Source: Heteronotia binoei (lineage: Eukaryota). Taken from it: 64,000 nucleotides of DNA. The translations under genes were made by a program, and so were the position numbers. How positions within the stretch are numbered: the stretch's first letter is position 1; the number at the start of each line of letters is the position of its first letter. The notes under the pieces were generated by a model. It was not told the DNA's origin, did not search any database, and saw only the letters and a list, made by a program, of their open reading frames with translations. Location of the stretch: the NCBI RefSeq assembly GCF_032191835.1, contig NC_083233.1:9796001-9860000 (forward strand). The letters run 5' to 3'. Below, piece after piece: positions 11,653 through 23,455 of the stretch.

Positions 11653-12539
11653 AGTCTTGTGGTCTGTCTTCTCCTTTATGTGGCTGGTGGCCCTGATCTT
11701 CCTTATGTCTGCATTTTGCTCCTGCTGGAAGCAGCCAGTGGCCATCCGGGGGGATTGCTTTTGGGAGTCTGGCGATGGCACCGCCCAGGAATACAACTTG
11801 GTGCCCAAGAGGGTCTCCCTGCCTCCCTCTCTCCCTCCCTCCCTCCTTTCCTCCCTCCCTCCCTCCTTTGGGCCCTCCTGTTTGTTGCTTCAAGGTCTTG
11901 GGGCTCCAAGAAAGGAGCAGAGTTGGCGGGTTGGGGGTGGTGGTGGTTGAAGGGAGCTCCAGTTTCCAGGAAGGGGATCTCCATGTGCCTTTTGCACTAA
12001 CTGGGTTCACTGTGGAGGCACTAGTTGGGTGCACTTCAAGAAGGCAAAACTGGTTTCTTTTACATCACCACATTTGCTCCTCAGTGGGAACCCAGGCTAG
12101 CTTCTTTCAATGTTCTCCCAAGATGCTGGAGATCAGGGGCTGTCAGTGGACTGGTTGCAAATAAAATCATTCCTGCAAAAGGATCCAAGCTGTGCCCTTG
12201 GAGCCATTTTTGTAGTTTTACCGCAGGGCTTCCTCCTTACTTCACAGCCCAAAGCCATTCAGCTTTGGCTTCTTCCATCCACACTTCAAGGATATGCTTA
12301 AGAAGTGAACATTTTCTCTTTCCCCCTGAGGATGGCAGCCTCCAGATGTCGGCTTCTGTGCAGTTCTCATCAACTCAGCCTCTGTGATGCATATCAAATA
12401 AGGTGTTTATTGAAAGAGATACATGTTCACAGCATGAGACATTTTTGTTAGAACTGCCCACCTATCATAGAGGCAGGTACTTATAAACTATGCATGGCAG
12501 TTAACATAGGTAAGCAATTCTAGCCGTGCAAGAAAAAGT

Positions 12540-12820
12540 GAGCGTGGTGTACTTCAGGGAGCTATTCTCTTGCCAATGATGTTTAGCATCTATGTACACC
12601 CCCTTGCCTAGATTGCTTGAGGTTTTGGGCTGAGTTGTCACCAATATGGGGATGATACCCAGCTCTATCGGTTGATGGATGGCCACTCAGATTCCACCCC
12701 ACATCATCTGACCAGGGCTTTAGAAGCTGTGGCTGGATGGTTGCGACAAAGCTGGCTGAAGCTCAATCCAGCTAAGATGGAGGTCCTATCCTTGAACAGA
12801 GGGGAGTAGAGTCGGGCTTC
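12540..12820 (+). mobile_element. Degenerate LINE (L2-like) RT fragment
   Basis: Decayed remnants resembling GVPQGAILSP..F.IY and CHQY.DDTQLY. Recognised by eye only. Confidence 0.45.
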
Positions 12821-12824
12821 CAAC

Positions 12825-13338
12825 TAGGGTTGCCAAGTCCGATTCAAGAAATATCTGGGGACTTTGGGGGTGGAGCCAGGAGATTTGGGGGGTGAGGCCA
12901 GGAGACATTGGGGGTGGAGCCAGGGTGTGACAAGCATAATTGAACTCCAAGGGAGTTCTGGCCATCACATTTAAAGGGACAGCACACCTTTTTAAATGCC
13001 TTCCTTCCACAGGAAATAATGAAGGATAGGGGCACCTTCTTTTGGGGCTCATAGAATTGGACCCCCTGGTCCAATCTTTTTGAAACTTGGGGGATAGTTT
13101 GGGAAGAGGCACTGGATGCTATACTGAAACTTTGGTGCCTATACCTCAAAAAACAGCCCCCCCCCCGAGACCCACGGATCAATTCTCCATTATTTCCTAT
13201 GGGAATAATACTCCATAAGAAATAATAGAGTTCCCAGCAGACATTTCTCTCCCCCTGCCCTGCTTTCTTGTGAGCTTGAAAGGGGGAGGGCCTCCAAACC
13301 GGGGGATCCCCTGCCCTCACCTGGGGATTGGCAAACCA
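12825..13338. mobile_element. hAT-type MITE, about 500 bp
   Basis: Starts TAGGGTTGCCAAGTCC. Body is homologous to 26028-26528. Right TIR degenerate, no clear TSD. Confidence 0.85.
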
Positions 13339-13864
13339 AGAGGGATGAAAACAGTGAGGTTAGGAACAGGAGAGAACCGTGCTCTACTAAAGAATAGATT
13401 AGTTATGTGAAGTTGTTTCTGAGCAATGCTGAAATACTTCTGAAAACGAGATGCAATCAATGCAGGATGTCTCATTCTCTTCAGTGCTCAGCACAACATA
13501 GTTTATAATGTACAACAAGCACTCTTGCAGTTTACAATATATATTTACATGAAGGCAATTGCCAATTTACAATTTAATGAGAGAGTCCACTCAGAACAAA
13601 GACTCCAGAAGGTGCAAAGTCCTGATAGATGCGAAAAAAGCCTCTCCAAATCAGTAATGATGTTGCCAACGAAGTCAAGGTTACTTTGCAGAAAATTAAG
13701 GCAATGTCTTTATATGTGTAGCTGATATGAAATGCAGCCGATAACACGTTGCCTAAGTTTACAAAGCCGTGTTTTGGTGCCAGCTTTCATCTGATCATTC
13801 ACTTCATATTATCTGGAACCAATGCTCACAGCAGTATAAGCGCAGTTAGTCAGCTTCTCCAAAG

Positions 13865-14815
13865 GGCATTGGAGCACCTCACAGTCCTCCCTGGTTCTCG
13901 CCACCCTGAACAATTTAGTGTCATCTGCAAATTTAACGGCTTCACTGCTTACTCTCAGCTCCAAATAATTAATGAACAAGTTAAAAAAGCATTGGACCAA
14001 GTCCTGCAGCGCCTCACAGTTTACCGCCTTCCATTGTGAAAATTGCTCATTTATAATCTCACTCTCTAATTTCTGTTAATTAACCAGTTTTTAATCCACA
14101 GGAGGACTTGCCCTCTTCTCCCATGACTGCTGAGTTTGCTTAGGAGCCTTTGATGAAAAACTTGATCAAGAGCTTTCTGGAAGTTTTGGGAAACAAATTC
14201 TACCAGGTCACCCTTAACCAATTTGGTACTCAATTTGTTCACTTCCTCAAAGAACTCTAAAAGGTGAGTGAGACAAGATCTTCCCTTACATAATCCATAC
14301 TGGTCCTTCCTCAATAGCTTTTGTTCATCAATGTGCCTACTAATTTTATCTTTAATGACGGATTCCACCAATTTACCCAGTGTTGACATTAGACTGGTAA
14401 AGGTAGTCCCCGCCCTGAGCTAGCACTAGTCATTTCTGACTCTGGGGTGACGTTGCATCACGACTTTTTCATGGCAGACTTTTTCATGGGTTGTTTGGCC
14501 TTCCCCATTGCCTACACTTTCCTCCCAGTAAGCTGGGTACTCATTTTGCCAATCTCGGAAGGATGGAAGGCTAAATCAACCTTGAGCCGGCTACCTGAAC
14601 CCAGCTCCCACCAGGATCGAACTAAGGTCATGCACAGAGCTTGGACTGCAGTACTGCAGCTTACCACTCTATGCCACAGGGCTGTTGACATTAGACTGAC
14701 TGGCCTGTAATTTCCCAGCTATCCTCTGGAAACTTTTTTTAAAAGATGGGGGTTATATTAGCCACCTTCCAGTCCTCAGGAATGGAGGCAGACTTTAATG
14801 ATAGACTGCATGTTA
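13865..14815 (-). mobile_element. CR1 RT fragments, interrupted by a Sauria-type SINE
   Basis: KFADDTKLF (13809..14000) and LGKLVESVIKDKI...GRSCLTHLLEFFE (14066..14389) are CR1 ORF2 motifs. Confidence 0.8.
14396..14685 (-). mobile_element. Sauria/Squam1-type SINE
   Basis: ggtaaaggtagtccc...gctgggtactcatttt..ggaaggatggaaggc..actgcagtactgcagc on +. Homologous copies at 28828-29122 (minus) and 25045-25265 (plus). Confidence 0.8.
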
Positions 14816-15539
14816 AAACTGTGCCTGTTGGATTTCCGTCCACTTCTGCCCCAATGTTTTGGGAAGGAATGGAATCCAGCTGGCAAGCGTTGCCCTGTCA
14901 CATCAGGGTACCAAAGCAAACTGTATGGATACTGGAGCATAATGCTCAGTATGTCTGCTGAGAACTCAGTCCAATACGCGTTGCTTTCAAGTAAGTATGC
15001 TTAGATTGCAGGTGAAAATTCTGATCTCCCGTCTGTTTGCTTGAAAGTAAATCCCAAGGAGACGTTATCCGAAGGTATGCAAGATGTTCCCCCAATCCCA
15101 TGCTTGTTTAATCAGAAGTAAGTCTAGCTTTGTTCAATGGGATTTACTCCTGAGTATGGTATGCAATGCTTACTGGGGAGTAAATCCTATTGAACTCAGA
15201 GGGGCTTACATCGGAGTAAAACATGGATAGCTTGCCACGATGTAATCTTATGCATATTTACTTGGGAGTGCTATTGTACATAAGGCTGACTTCTGCATAA
15301 ATACACATTGGGTGAAACTGGTATTTGGGACTAAGTCCCACTGAATGGAGAAACACAGATGTTGGTCTCTGCTCCCCTAAGCAGTGGAACCAGACCTGCT
15401 GATTTTCTCTTCAGACCTGGCGTTTCTGGAACCACCTGGGTCAATCCTGCCACAGGCAAGTGTGGATGGTTGAGGTACTGCTTAATGACTGAGACTCATT
15501 AGGTTTCTAGTCCTCATTAAGGAGAGCTTCTTGGGGAGG

Positions 15540-15546
15540 TATAAAA
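15540..15546 (+). promoter_or_regulatory. TATA box of ShL-2
   Basis: TATAAAA 92 nt upstream of the strong-Kozak ATG at 15632. Confidence 0.6.
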
Positions 15547-15631
15547 GCTGCCAGGGAGGGGCTCCTCTTTTGTGTTCTTTGGAGCATTTCTAGAGTTGTT
15601 ATCGAGTTGTATGTTAGAGCAAGCTGGTGCG

Positions 15632-15932
15632 ATGGAGAGAGTAGGGTTGTGTTTTTTTCTGGTTTTGTTTCCAGGGGCTGTCTGGGCAGATGAAATATGT
15701 TATAGGTGGACTGAGGGGGTGCCATACCCTGTGGAAGTCTTTCACTGCCCAACACAAGAGGATAGGGCTGGTGTCAACTTCTGCTGTGGGACTTGTTACG
15801 CCCCCTTCTGCTGTTCATCTGAAGAGACTCGGCTGGATCAGGACCAGTGCCCTGGAAGTGTTCAGTGGAATGCAGGCAGCCCGCATCTGATGACCAACAT
15901 CTCTGAGGACCTGCTAACAGCAACTACCCTGT
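15632..15932 (+). CDS. Shisa-like gene ShL-2, exon 1
   Basis: MERVGLCFFLVLFPGAVWA signal, then EICYRW..FHCP..NFCCGTCYAPFCCSSEETRLDQDQCPG (8 Cys). Donor T|GTAAGA at 15932/15933, phase 1. An in-frame ATG at 15611 is an alternative start. Confidence 0.88.
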
Positions 15933-15947
15933 GTAAGACACCCCATT

Positions 15948-16152
15948 CATATGAACATATGAAGCTGCCTTATACTGAATCAGACCCTTGGTCCATCAAA
16001 GTCAGTATTGTCTTCTCAGACTGGCAGCGGCTCTCCAGGGTCTCAAGCTGAGGTTTTTCATGCCTATTTGCCTGGACCCTTTTTTGGAGATGCCAGGGAT
16101 TGAACCTGGGACCTTCTGCTTCCCAAGCAGATGCTCTACCACTGAGCCACCG
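15948..16152 (-). mobile_element. tRNA-derived SINE (family A) in the ShL-2 intron
   Basis: Minus strand gggagggacggtggctcagtggtagagcatctgcttgggaagcagaaggtcccaggttcaatccc (A/B-box head) with a catatgttcat tail. Further copies near 32372-32584, 35905-36000, 47893-48060 and 48073-48285. Confidence 0.85.
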
Positions 16153-16234
16153 TCCCTCCCTGTTCACTCTTGGAAGGTTGGAAAGAATTTGAAAGAGACC
16201 TTATTTTTTCCAGAAATGCCACCTTTCTGAGTTG

Positions 16235-16864
16235 TGTCTTTTTCTGTCTTAACTGAGTACGTTTGGATCCCTGGGTAGCAGCACAGAAGGCAACAGGACA
16301 TAGAGAGGAGGTGTACAGGAAGTTGTAATTCCAGGAGATTCCAGTCCCCGCATGGAAGTTGGCAACCTCTACTTCTTTTGCACTTGTGAATGTGACTTGG
16401 AAAGGAGAGGGAGGGGAGGGGGCTTTCTTGGCAGCAGGGGAAATGGAAGATCTAAGCGTTGGCAGTGGGGCTGGGCAAGGCAGAGGGAAGACGTACTTTG
16501 TGCAGTGGCCTCTGGTGATTTTTGACATGGGTCTCTGCTCTATTTTCTGTCTATTTTTCTGTCTTAACTGAGTACATTTGGATTCCTGGGTAGCAGCTCA
16601 GAAGACAACAGGACATAGAGAGAAAGTGTACAGGAAGTTGTAATTCCAGGAGATTCCAGTCCCCGCATGGAAGTTGGCAACCTCTACTTCTCTTGCACTT
16701 GTGAATGTGACTTGGAAAGTGGAGGGAGGGGAGGGGGCTTTCTTGGCAGCAGGGGAAATGGAAGATCTAAGCGTTGGAAGTGGGGCTGGGCAAGGCAGAG
16801 GGAAGACATACTTTGTGCAGTGGCCTCTGGTGATTTTTGACATGGGTCTCTGCTCTATTTTCAG
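16235..16864 (+). repeat. 315-bp tandem duplication of the 3' end of the ShL-2 intron
   Basis: gtcttaactgagtac at 16246 and 16561, and gtctctgctctatttt at 16531 and 16846, give a period of 315. Confidence 0.95.
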
Positions 16865-17211
16865 CTAACTTTATCGCTGCCATGCTAGTGTTTGGGGTAA
16901 TGGCCATTGTGGTCCTTGATGTTTTCCTGTGTTGCTATGTGATCCTGCACTGCTCACATGCCCGTGATGAAGCTCGACAGCGGAGCCAAGCCACAGAGGA
17001 CAGAGACCCTTCAAGCCATGACTCTTCTCCAAGAGGATACCTCTATCATCTAAAGCGCCAGCTTAGTAACCTTTCTATGAGAGTCGGTGTCGACAACCCA
17101 CTTTGTTCTTATGGTGCCTGCGATGACCAAGTTGTGCCACCTTCTGCAGAGGACACTGCACCCCCCCAGGACTCCTCCCTCCCATATGCAAATACACCTG
17201 TCTGGTTCTAG
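16865..17211 (+). CDS. Shisa-like gene ShL-2, exon 2
   Basis: Acceptor tgctctattttcAG| at 16864, phase 1 (T+CT = Ser). TM FIAAMLVFGVMAIVVLDVFLCCYVIL. Tail ends SLPYANTPVWF, with TAG at 17209-17211. Confidence 0.85.
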
Positions 17212-18332
17212 AGGCTAGAAGGGCAGGGATGAAGTGGTCTTCTTATCCTCTCTAGCAGCTGCTTCTGGTCACTTCTAGAGCCTCCCTTGCCAAGAAAATA
17301 ATCAGTAAGCATATCTGCTTGGGTACCCACCTCTAATGGAGAGGTTTAGGTAGGCCTGTTTGCAGTTTGGCTGTAGCATGCTTTTAGGATCAAGGAAGAG
17401 AGAATTTTTTTTATTATACTTTTAAGATGGAGAAATCTTGTATGTTTTTTTTAAAGTATGTATTAGTCTTTTTAAAAAGTCTTGAATTTTAGTGCTTTAT
17501 TGTCCAAAGTTCTTGCAAATAGCGTTTTGTAGTAAGGTTGAGTGCAGAGGAACTGAAGCTCCATTCCACCTGGAAATCCCTGAAGCTGCCTGCAGCTCAA
17601 GGAGTTGAAGTCAAGGGGTGTCTCAGGCGGACTCCTTCCTTCTTATCCAGGCATGGGAATTAGCTGGCCTTGGTGGTCATAAGATTCCACTGTGTGTTCT
17701 CTCCTTCAGTGGTACAGTCCTGCAGTGCTTTGCCCTGAAGTGAAACACTCGCCTGTTTTTAAAGGCAGAGCCCCCTCTTCAGGCCTAGTTTTAACAAAAA
17801 CGGTGGGGTTGCTTTGTCCAAAACACAGGTGGTGAGAAAAGGAACAAAGAAGGGGATGCTGTGTCCAAAGTGTCGTTAATCACAGTTCCGTCCCTTTACT
17901 AGCAGAGCTCATTCCGTGCACATTTCAGCGGTGTCACATTTGAGCCACCAGTAGGCAAAGGGTTGCTGTGCCAGCAATGAACTCTCTTTAACATCTGCTG
18001 TATGAGGGGAGGTATTGGAGCACCACGGGGCCATCTCTGGATGCATTTCCTCCTCCTGGGTGACTGTGCTTCAGACTGGCTTACCTGGGAAGAAGCCTTT
18101 TCCTTGCTGTCTGTACCTGAGCTCAAACATCTGCTTGCCTGAGTCAGGGGATGCTGGAAGCTCTGAGGATTTGGCCCACTTGGGTGTGCAGTGGAACACT
18201 CTTGAATATTCATCCTGTTGAGAGAAAATGGGCAGGCAGCAACAGAGGCCTCCTGCATAAGTCATCTGTTGTACCATTCTCAGACGTCACTTCCATAAAA
18301 CAATTCTCTGTGACTGTATGTACTGTACTAGC

Positions 18333-18338
18333 AATAAA
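18333..18338 (+). terminator. Putative polyadenylation signal of ShL-2
   Basis: AATAAA at the end of a UTR that shares blocks with the ShL-1 and ShL-3 UTRs. Confidence 0.55.
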
Positions 18339-18917
18339 TTTGTATCGCTTGTATCTTTCAATGGCGGTGTTGCGTCTTGTTGTTCAGATCCCCGTACAAG
18401 ACATATCTCTTGTTTGACTTTTATTCCACTTTCTGTTAATACCGCTTATAAATTATGCTCATTTGTGGGATGTATTATATGCAGTCCATTGATATAGGAT
18501 ATGTTTGATATCTCCCAGGTGGCGAAATCCGGGAGACTTGCAGGAAGAGCCTGGACCGGAGAGGCCCGTTTGGGGAGGGAGCTCAGTAGTCCACCCTCCC
18601 AAGCAGCCAGCTTCTCAGGGGGAACTGATCACTGTAGCCTGGAGATCAGTTGTAATTCTGGGAGATGAGAGACCCCACCTGGAAGCTGGCAATCCTAGTA
18701 TAGGAACATTCAACACTGCGTTGTGAAAAGTCTCTTGGGAATGGAGACCTGTCTTCTGCAAAAAGCCTTGCTTCCAGATCTCCAAATGTGGCTGGAATGT
18801 GGTTTCTTCTGTGCCCATAACCTTATTTTTCCTTGTCTGTCTTGTGAATTTTCCCATCAAGTGATGACATGTTCATTCTCCAAACATGTTCCCACCCTAA
18901 ACACATACGATACAAAC

Positions 18918-19269
18918 AGGAAGGGATGGTGAGCTCAGTAGTAGAGCATCTGCTTGGGAAGCAGAAGGTCCCAGGTTCAATCCCCGGCATCTCCAACTAA
19001 AAAGGGTCCAGGCAAATAGGTGTGAAAAACCTCAGCTTGAGACCCTGGAGAGCAGGGGAGGGACGGTGGCTCAGTGGTAGAGCATCTGCTTGGGAAGCAG
19101 AAGGTCCCAGGTTCAATCCCTGGCATCTCCAACTAAAAAGGGTCCAGGCAAATAGGTGTGAAAAACCTCAGCTTGAGACCCTGGAGAGCCGCTGCCAGTC
19201 TGAGAAGACAATACTGATTTTGATGGACCGAGGGTCTGATTCAGTAGAAGGCGTCTTCATATGTTCATA
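18918..19269 (+). mobile_element. Dimeric tRNA-derived SINE (truncated left monomer + full right monomer)
   Basis: Junction GAGACCCTGGAGAGC|AGGGGAGGG at about 19053, identical to the junction at about 44844. Confidence 0.85.
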
Positions 19270-19942
19270 AGACAAAGTTTAACCTTGAGTTATGGTTCTA
19301 CTATACATATACTTAAAGGACATTAGTCAGTTTTGCATTAGCAGAAGCATCATGGCTCCACTTTCATGGAAAACTAGTGTGTGCTTGTCCCAGCATTAAC
19401 TGTTGTTGACTAGACCACACAGTGCTAGGCTGGAATAAGAATTAACTAGTCTTAAATATGTCCCAAGACCCTGTGTTAGCAGGAAATCCAGTTTTAGCTC
19501 TGATCATTTGTGTAGACAAGTCTACAAAACTTGCATCCTGCATATCAGTGAAAAAGGAATTGTCTCATTAGACACCAAAGGAAGACCTGTTCCCCTGGCA
19601 ACCACTAGCTGATGTTAAGCAGCTTTCTTTTTTCTTGGTCTACTGTCTCAAACAGATTTGGGTATTTATATCCCCTGTTTCTCTACAATGGAGCCCTAAA
19701 GCAGCTCACAGCAGCCTCTGAAGGAGGTTAGGCCGAGAAAGACTATCCCATCCAACAAACCTCCCTGCCTCTCTCCCCATGGCCTCCCTGATAGCACAAT
19801 GCCACAACCCGGCTTCATTCTGGTCTCCTCCACTCTGCCATTTCCCCAGCTAACCTTTTTGAGATGTGGTGACCAGAACTGTGCGCAGTGTTCCAAGGAG
19901 GCTGTACTGTCTGGGCTTGTCTCAGATCTGTTTTATTTTCAG

Positions 19943-20425
19943 TCCATTGCAGGATGATCCCTAGACCCCCCAAACCGATGGCATATTAGACTGGCAGAGT
20001 GCTCATGGCACAGAGGACTGATGTGCTGTGGAGAATAAAGTCACACACGGAGCCTTTTATCTTAGGAAACAAACGTGTGTCTAAAGCACCATTGAGTCAC
20101 TGCCAACTTATGGCGACTCCCGCAAGGGAGAAGCAGAGGTGGTTTGCCATTGCCCTTCCTTGGTGCTCTCTCCCTTCTAAGGAATGACCCCACTTGGCTT
20201 CTGAGATCTGCTGCTATCTGGGCTGTGCCATGCTGCCCCACCCGCTGTGCAAGATCTTTTGTGTACCAGAGACCCCGCCTTCCATATGCAGCCATTTCTG
20301 TTCAGTTTCATCTTAATGGCCTCTGGAACACAGGGGGGGATGTGGTCATGGGCTCTCCTCCAGCTGTCATTTTGCATATAGCTATTTCTGGTGGCACCCC
20401 AGAGCCAAGCTTGTCAATGGCATAA
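19943..20425 (+). pseudogene. Possible orphan remnant of a Shisa-like exon 2, disrupted by a SINE (about 20075-20235)
   Basis: Acceptor-like tgttttattttcAG at 19942. The 3' part reads RLPYAAISVQFHL...GDVVM...AISGGTPE*, aligning by eye with ShL-1 TLPYSEGPVVAFHH...DTVVL...AASGGVPKE. No TM segment or partner exon 1 found. Confidence 0.4.
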
Positions 20426-20574
20426 GAAATTCTTTCTGTCTTTTTCTTTCTGTCTTTCTGCCTTTCCTTGTATCTCTCTCTCTCTCCTTGTATCTGTGTG
20501 TGTGTGTGTGTGTGTGTGCGCCTGGAAGTTGTGGTGACCTCTGGAGACTCCTATTGGAGCATGGAGGACATTCA

Positions 20575-20862
20575 GAGAAGAAGATGAAGATGAAGAAGAT
20601 ATTGGATTTATATCCCGCCCTCCCCTCCGAAAAGTCTCAGAGCGGCTCACAATCTCCTTTCCCTTCCTCCCCCACAACAGACACCCTGTGAGGTAGATGA
20701 AAATATTGGATTTATATCCCACCCTCCACTCCGAAGAGTCTCAGAGCGGCTCACAATCTCCTTTACCTTCCTCCCCCACAACAGACACCCTGTGAGGTAG
20801 ATGAAGATATTGGATTTATATCCCACCCCCCGAAGAGTCTCAGAGCGGCTCACAATCTCCTT
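20575..20862 (-). repeat. Tandem copies (about 2.5) of a Squam3-type SINE 3' unit
   Basis: About 100-bp unit gatattggatttatatccc...gagcggctcacaatctcctt...acagacaccctgtgaggtag, repeated. Confidence 0.85.
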
Positions 20863-21667
20863 TGGACTTGGCAACCCTATCTCAGAGCCAGGAGTCAACT
20901 GTGTTAGTCTGTTGCTGCAAAATAGTAAAGAATCCAGGAGCACTTTTAAGACGAACAAATTTTATTGTAGCAGAAGCTTTTGAGAAACACAGCTCTCTTC
21001 GTCAGATGCCTCTTGAAAGCTTCTGCTTCAATGAAATTTGTTCGCCTTAAAAGTGCTGCTGGACTCTCTACTATGCTCAAGAGAGGCATTTTTCTCTTTC
21101 CTGAAGATCTGAGGGGTAACCCTGTACCCACTTAATTTCTCCCTGTCAAGGGTGCTGCCAGATCTCTAAAAAGAAAGCAGGCAGGCACCCGATTTGCCAG
21201 TGGACTCCACTGAGTGGAGCTAGCATAGGTTGGTTCCCTGTCCAAACTGCATCATGAAGCCAGAACCACAGGGCTGGTGGCCAATAGTTAACAAGCTTAC
21301 TCAGAAGTAAACCTCATGGACTTCAGCAGTTCCCAGGAAAGTGTGCTGACACAGCCTTATGGCAAAATCCCAGGCATACTCAGGAGTTATGCTCCACTGC
21401 TTTCAATGGGATTCACTCTCAACTTAATGTTCATTGAAACAGTAATGACTTGGAATGATTACACTGTAGTTTCCTCAGAAGAAAAGGTAAGATGTGTGGC
21501 CCTGATCCCCCTGTGCATGATTAACAGAGGAGTGTTCAATTTCATGCAAGGGAATTCACTCCAGAGTACAGAGGTAAGTCACATACAATTTGCTGGCAAT
21601 TAATTTCCAAGTAAAAAAATGCAGTGGAGAAGCCATTCAAACTGCAGCCCAGTCCCACTGAATATAG

Positions 21668-22366
21668 TGAAGCCAGTTTGGTGTAGTGGTTAAGTGTGCG
21701 GACTCTTATCTGGGAGAATTGGGTTTGATTCCCCACTCCTCTACTTGGACCTGCTGGAATGGCCTTGGGTCGGCCATAGCTCTGGCAGAGGTTGTCCTTG
21801 AAAGGACAGCTGCTGGAGAGCCCTCTCCAGCCTCACCCACCTCACAGGGTGTCTGTTGGTGGGGAGGAAGGTAAAGGAGATTGTGAGCCGCTCTGAGACT
21901 CTTCGGGGGGGTGGGATATAAATCCAATATCTTCATCTACCTCACAGGGTGTCTGTTGTGGGGGGGGGGGAGGTAAAGGAGATATTGAGCCGCTCTGAGA
22001 CTCTTTGGAGTGGAGGGTGGGATATAAATCCAATATCTTCATCTACCTCACAGGGGTGTCTGTTGTGGGGGAGGAAGGTAAAGGAGATTGTGAGCGCTCT
22101 GAGACTCTTTGGAGTGGAGGGTGGGATATAAATCCAATATCTTCATCTACCTCACAGGGTGTCTGTTGTGGGGGAGGAGGGAAGGTAAAGGAGATTGTGA
22201 GCCGCTCTGAGACTCTTTGGGGTGGAGGGTGGGATATAAATCCAATATCTTCATCTACCTCACAGGGTGTCTGTTGTGGGGGAGGAAGGTAAAGGAGATT
22301 GTGAGCTGCTCTGAGACTCTTCGGAGTGGAGGGGAGATATAAATCCAATATCATCTTCTTCTTCTG
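21668..22366 (+). mobile_element. Squam3-type SINE with five tandem copies of its 3' part
   Basis: tRNA-like head gccagtttggtgtagtggttaag...gggtttgattccccactcctc. acctcacagggtgtctgttg recurs at about 21839, 21939, 22046, 22149 and 22257. (TTC)n tail. Confidence 0.85.
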
Positions 22367-22478
22367 CACACATCTAGTAGAGGTTATGGATGCAACAACC
22401 CTCTCTTGGCAGGAAACTTAGCTGGGAAGTAGCTGATCCCCGCCCCCCTCTCCTCCAGGTGTTAGTTATCTTTGGGGG

Positions 22479-22571
22479 CCAATTGCTGGTGGGGCAAATG
22501 AGAGTGATTGGACGGAAACCAGCTAAGTCTCTAGTCCTCAGTAAGGGCATTTTCTCGTGGGCAGTATAAAT
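22479..22571 (+). promoter_or_regulatory. Putative ShL-3 core promoter (CCAAT 22479, TATAAAT 22565)
   Basis: TATA 76 nt upstream of the ATG at 22641. Confidence 0.55.
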
Positions 22572-22640
22572 GTGGCTGAGAAGAACCCTTTCCTGAGCTC
22601 TATTTATTTATTTATTTATTATTTATTGGGCTTAATTCAC

Positions 22641-22953
22641 ATGGGTGGTTCTTGGCGCAGCTACGGGGAGAGTTGGACTGTGCATCTGGTTTTGCTGGTG
22701 TCTCTCACAGCTGCTGTGGCTGGGCCTGGGGGAGAAATCTGCCACTACTGGACTGCAGGAGCAGAATCACCAGCTGGAGCCTTCCAGTGTCCGGAACCAG
22801 GAAAGCGGGACAACGCGGGGGACGCATTCTGCTGCGGGACTTGCAGTGTGTCCTATTGCTGCTCGTCTGCAGATGCTGGAGCCCGGCTGGAGCAGGAGAG
22901 GTGCCCTGGCAGTGACCGGCTGCTGGTCCCCTTTGTGCCACCAGCTACCCATC
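22641..22953 (+). CDS. Shisa-like gene ShL-3, exon 1 (most SHISA2/3-like copy)
   Basis: GEICHYW...FQCPEP...GDAFCCGTCSVSYCCSSADAGARLEQERCP resembles the recalled SHISA2 pattern GEYCHGW..FQCPE..GDATICCGSC..YCCSSAEARLDQGGC. Donor C|GTAAGC at 22953/22954, phase 1. Confidence 0.88.
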
Positions 22954-23177
22954 GTAAGCTTGCTTTCTCCACACCTAGTTGTGGTGGGGGGTGGGGGAGG
23001 GGTCTGAAAAAGACCTTTTATACAAAAGGTGATTTTGGTAAAACGTTTGAGTCCCTTTAAGTCCAACAGTGCGTGCACATGAAAGCTTAGCCCCGGAATA
23101 AAACTTCGTTGGTTTTAAAGTTGCCGCTGGACTCCAACTTTGTTCTGCTGCTTCAAACCAACACATCCATCCCCTTG

Positions 23178-23455
23178 AAGAAGATGATGGTTTTGGATTT
23201 ATATCCCACCCTATACTCTGAGTCTCAGAGCGATCACAATCTCCTCTACCTTCCCCCCCCCCCTCACAACAAACACCCTGTGAGGTAGGTGGGGCTGAGA
23301 GAGCTCTTACAGCACCTGCCCTTTTAATGACAACTCCTGTGAGAGCTTTGGCTAACCCAAGGCCATTCCAGCAGCTGCAATTGGAGGAGCGGGGAATCAA
23401 CCTGGTTCTCCCAGATAAGAGTCCACACACTTAACCACTACACCAAACTGGCTCT
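23178..23455 (-). mobile_element. Squam3-type SINE
   Basis: Reverse complement of the 21668 head and body. Similar copies near 40760-41010, 43820-44010 and 50050-50310. Confidence 0.8.
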
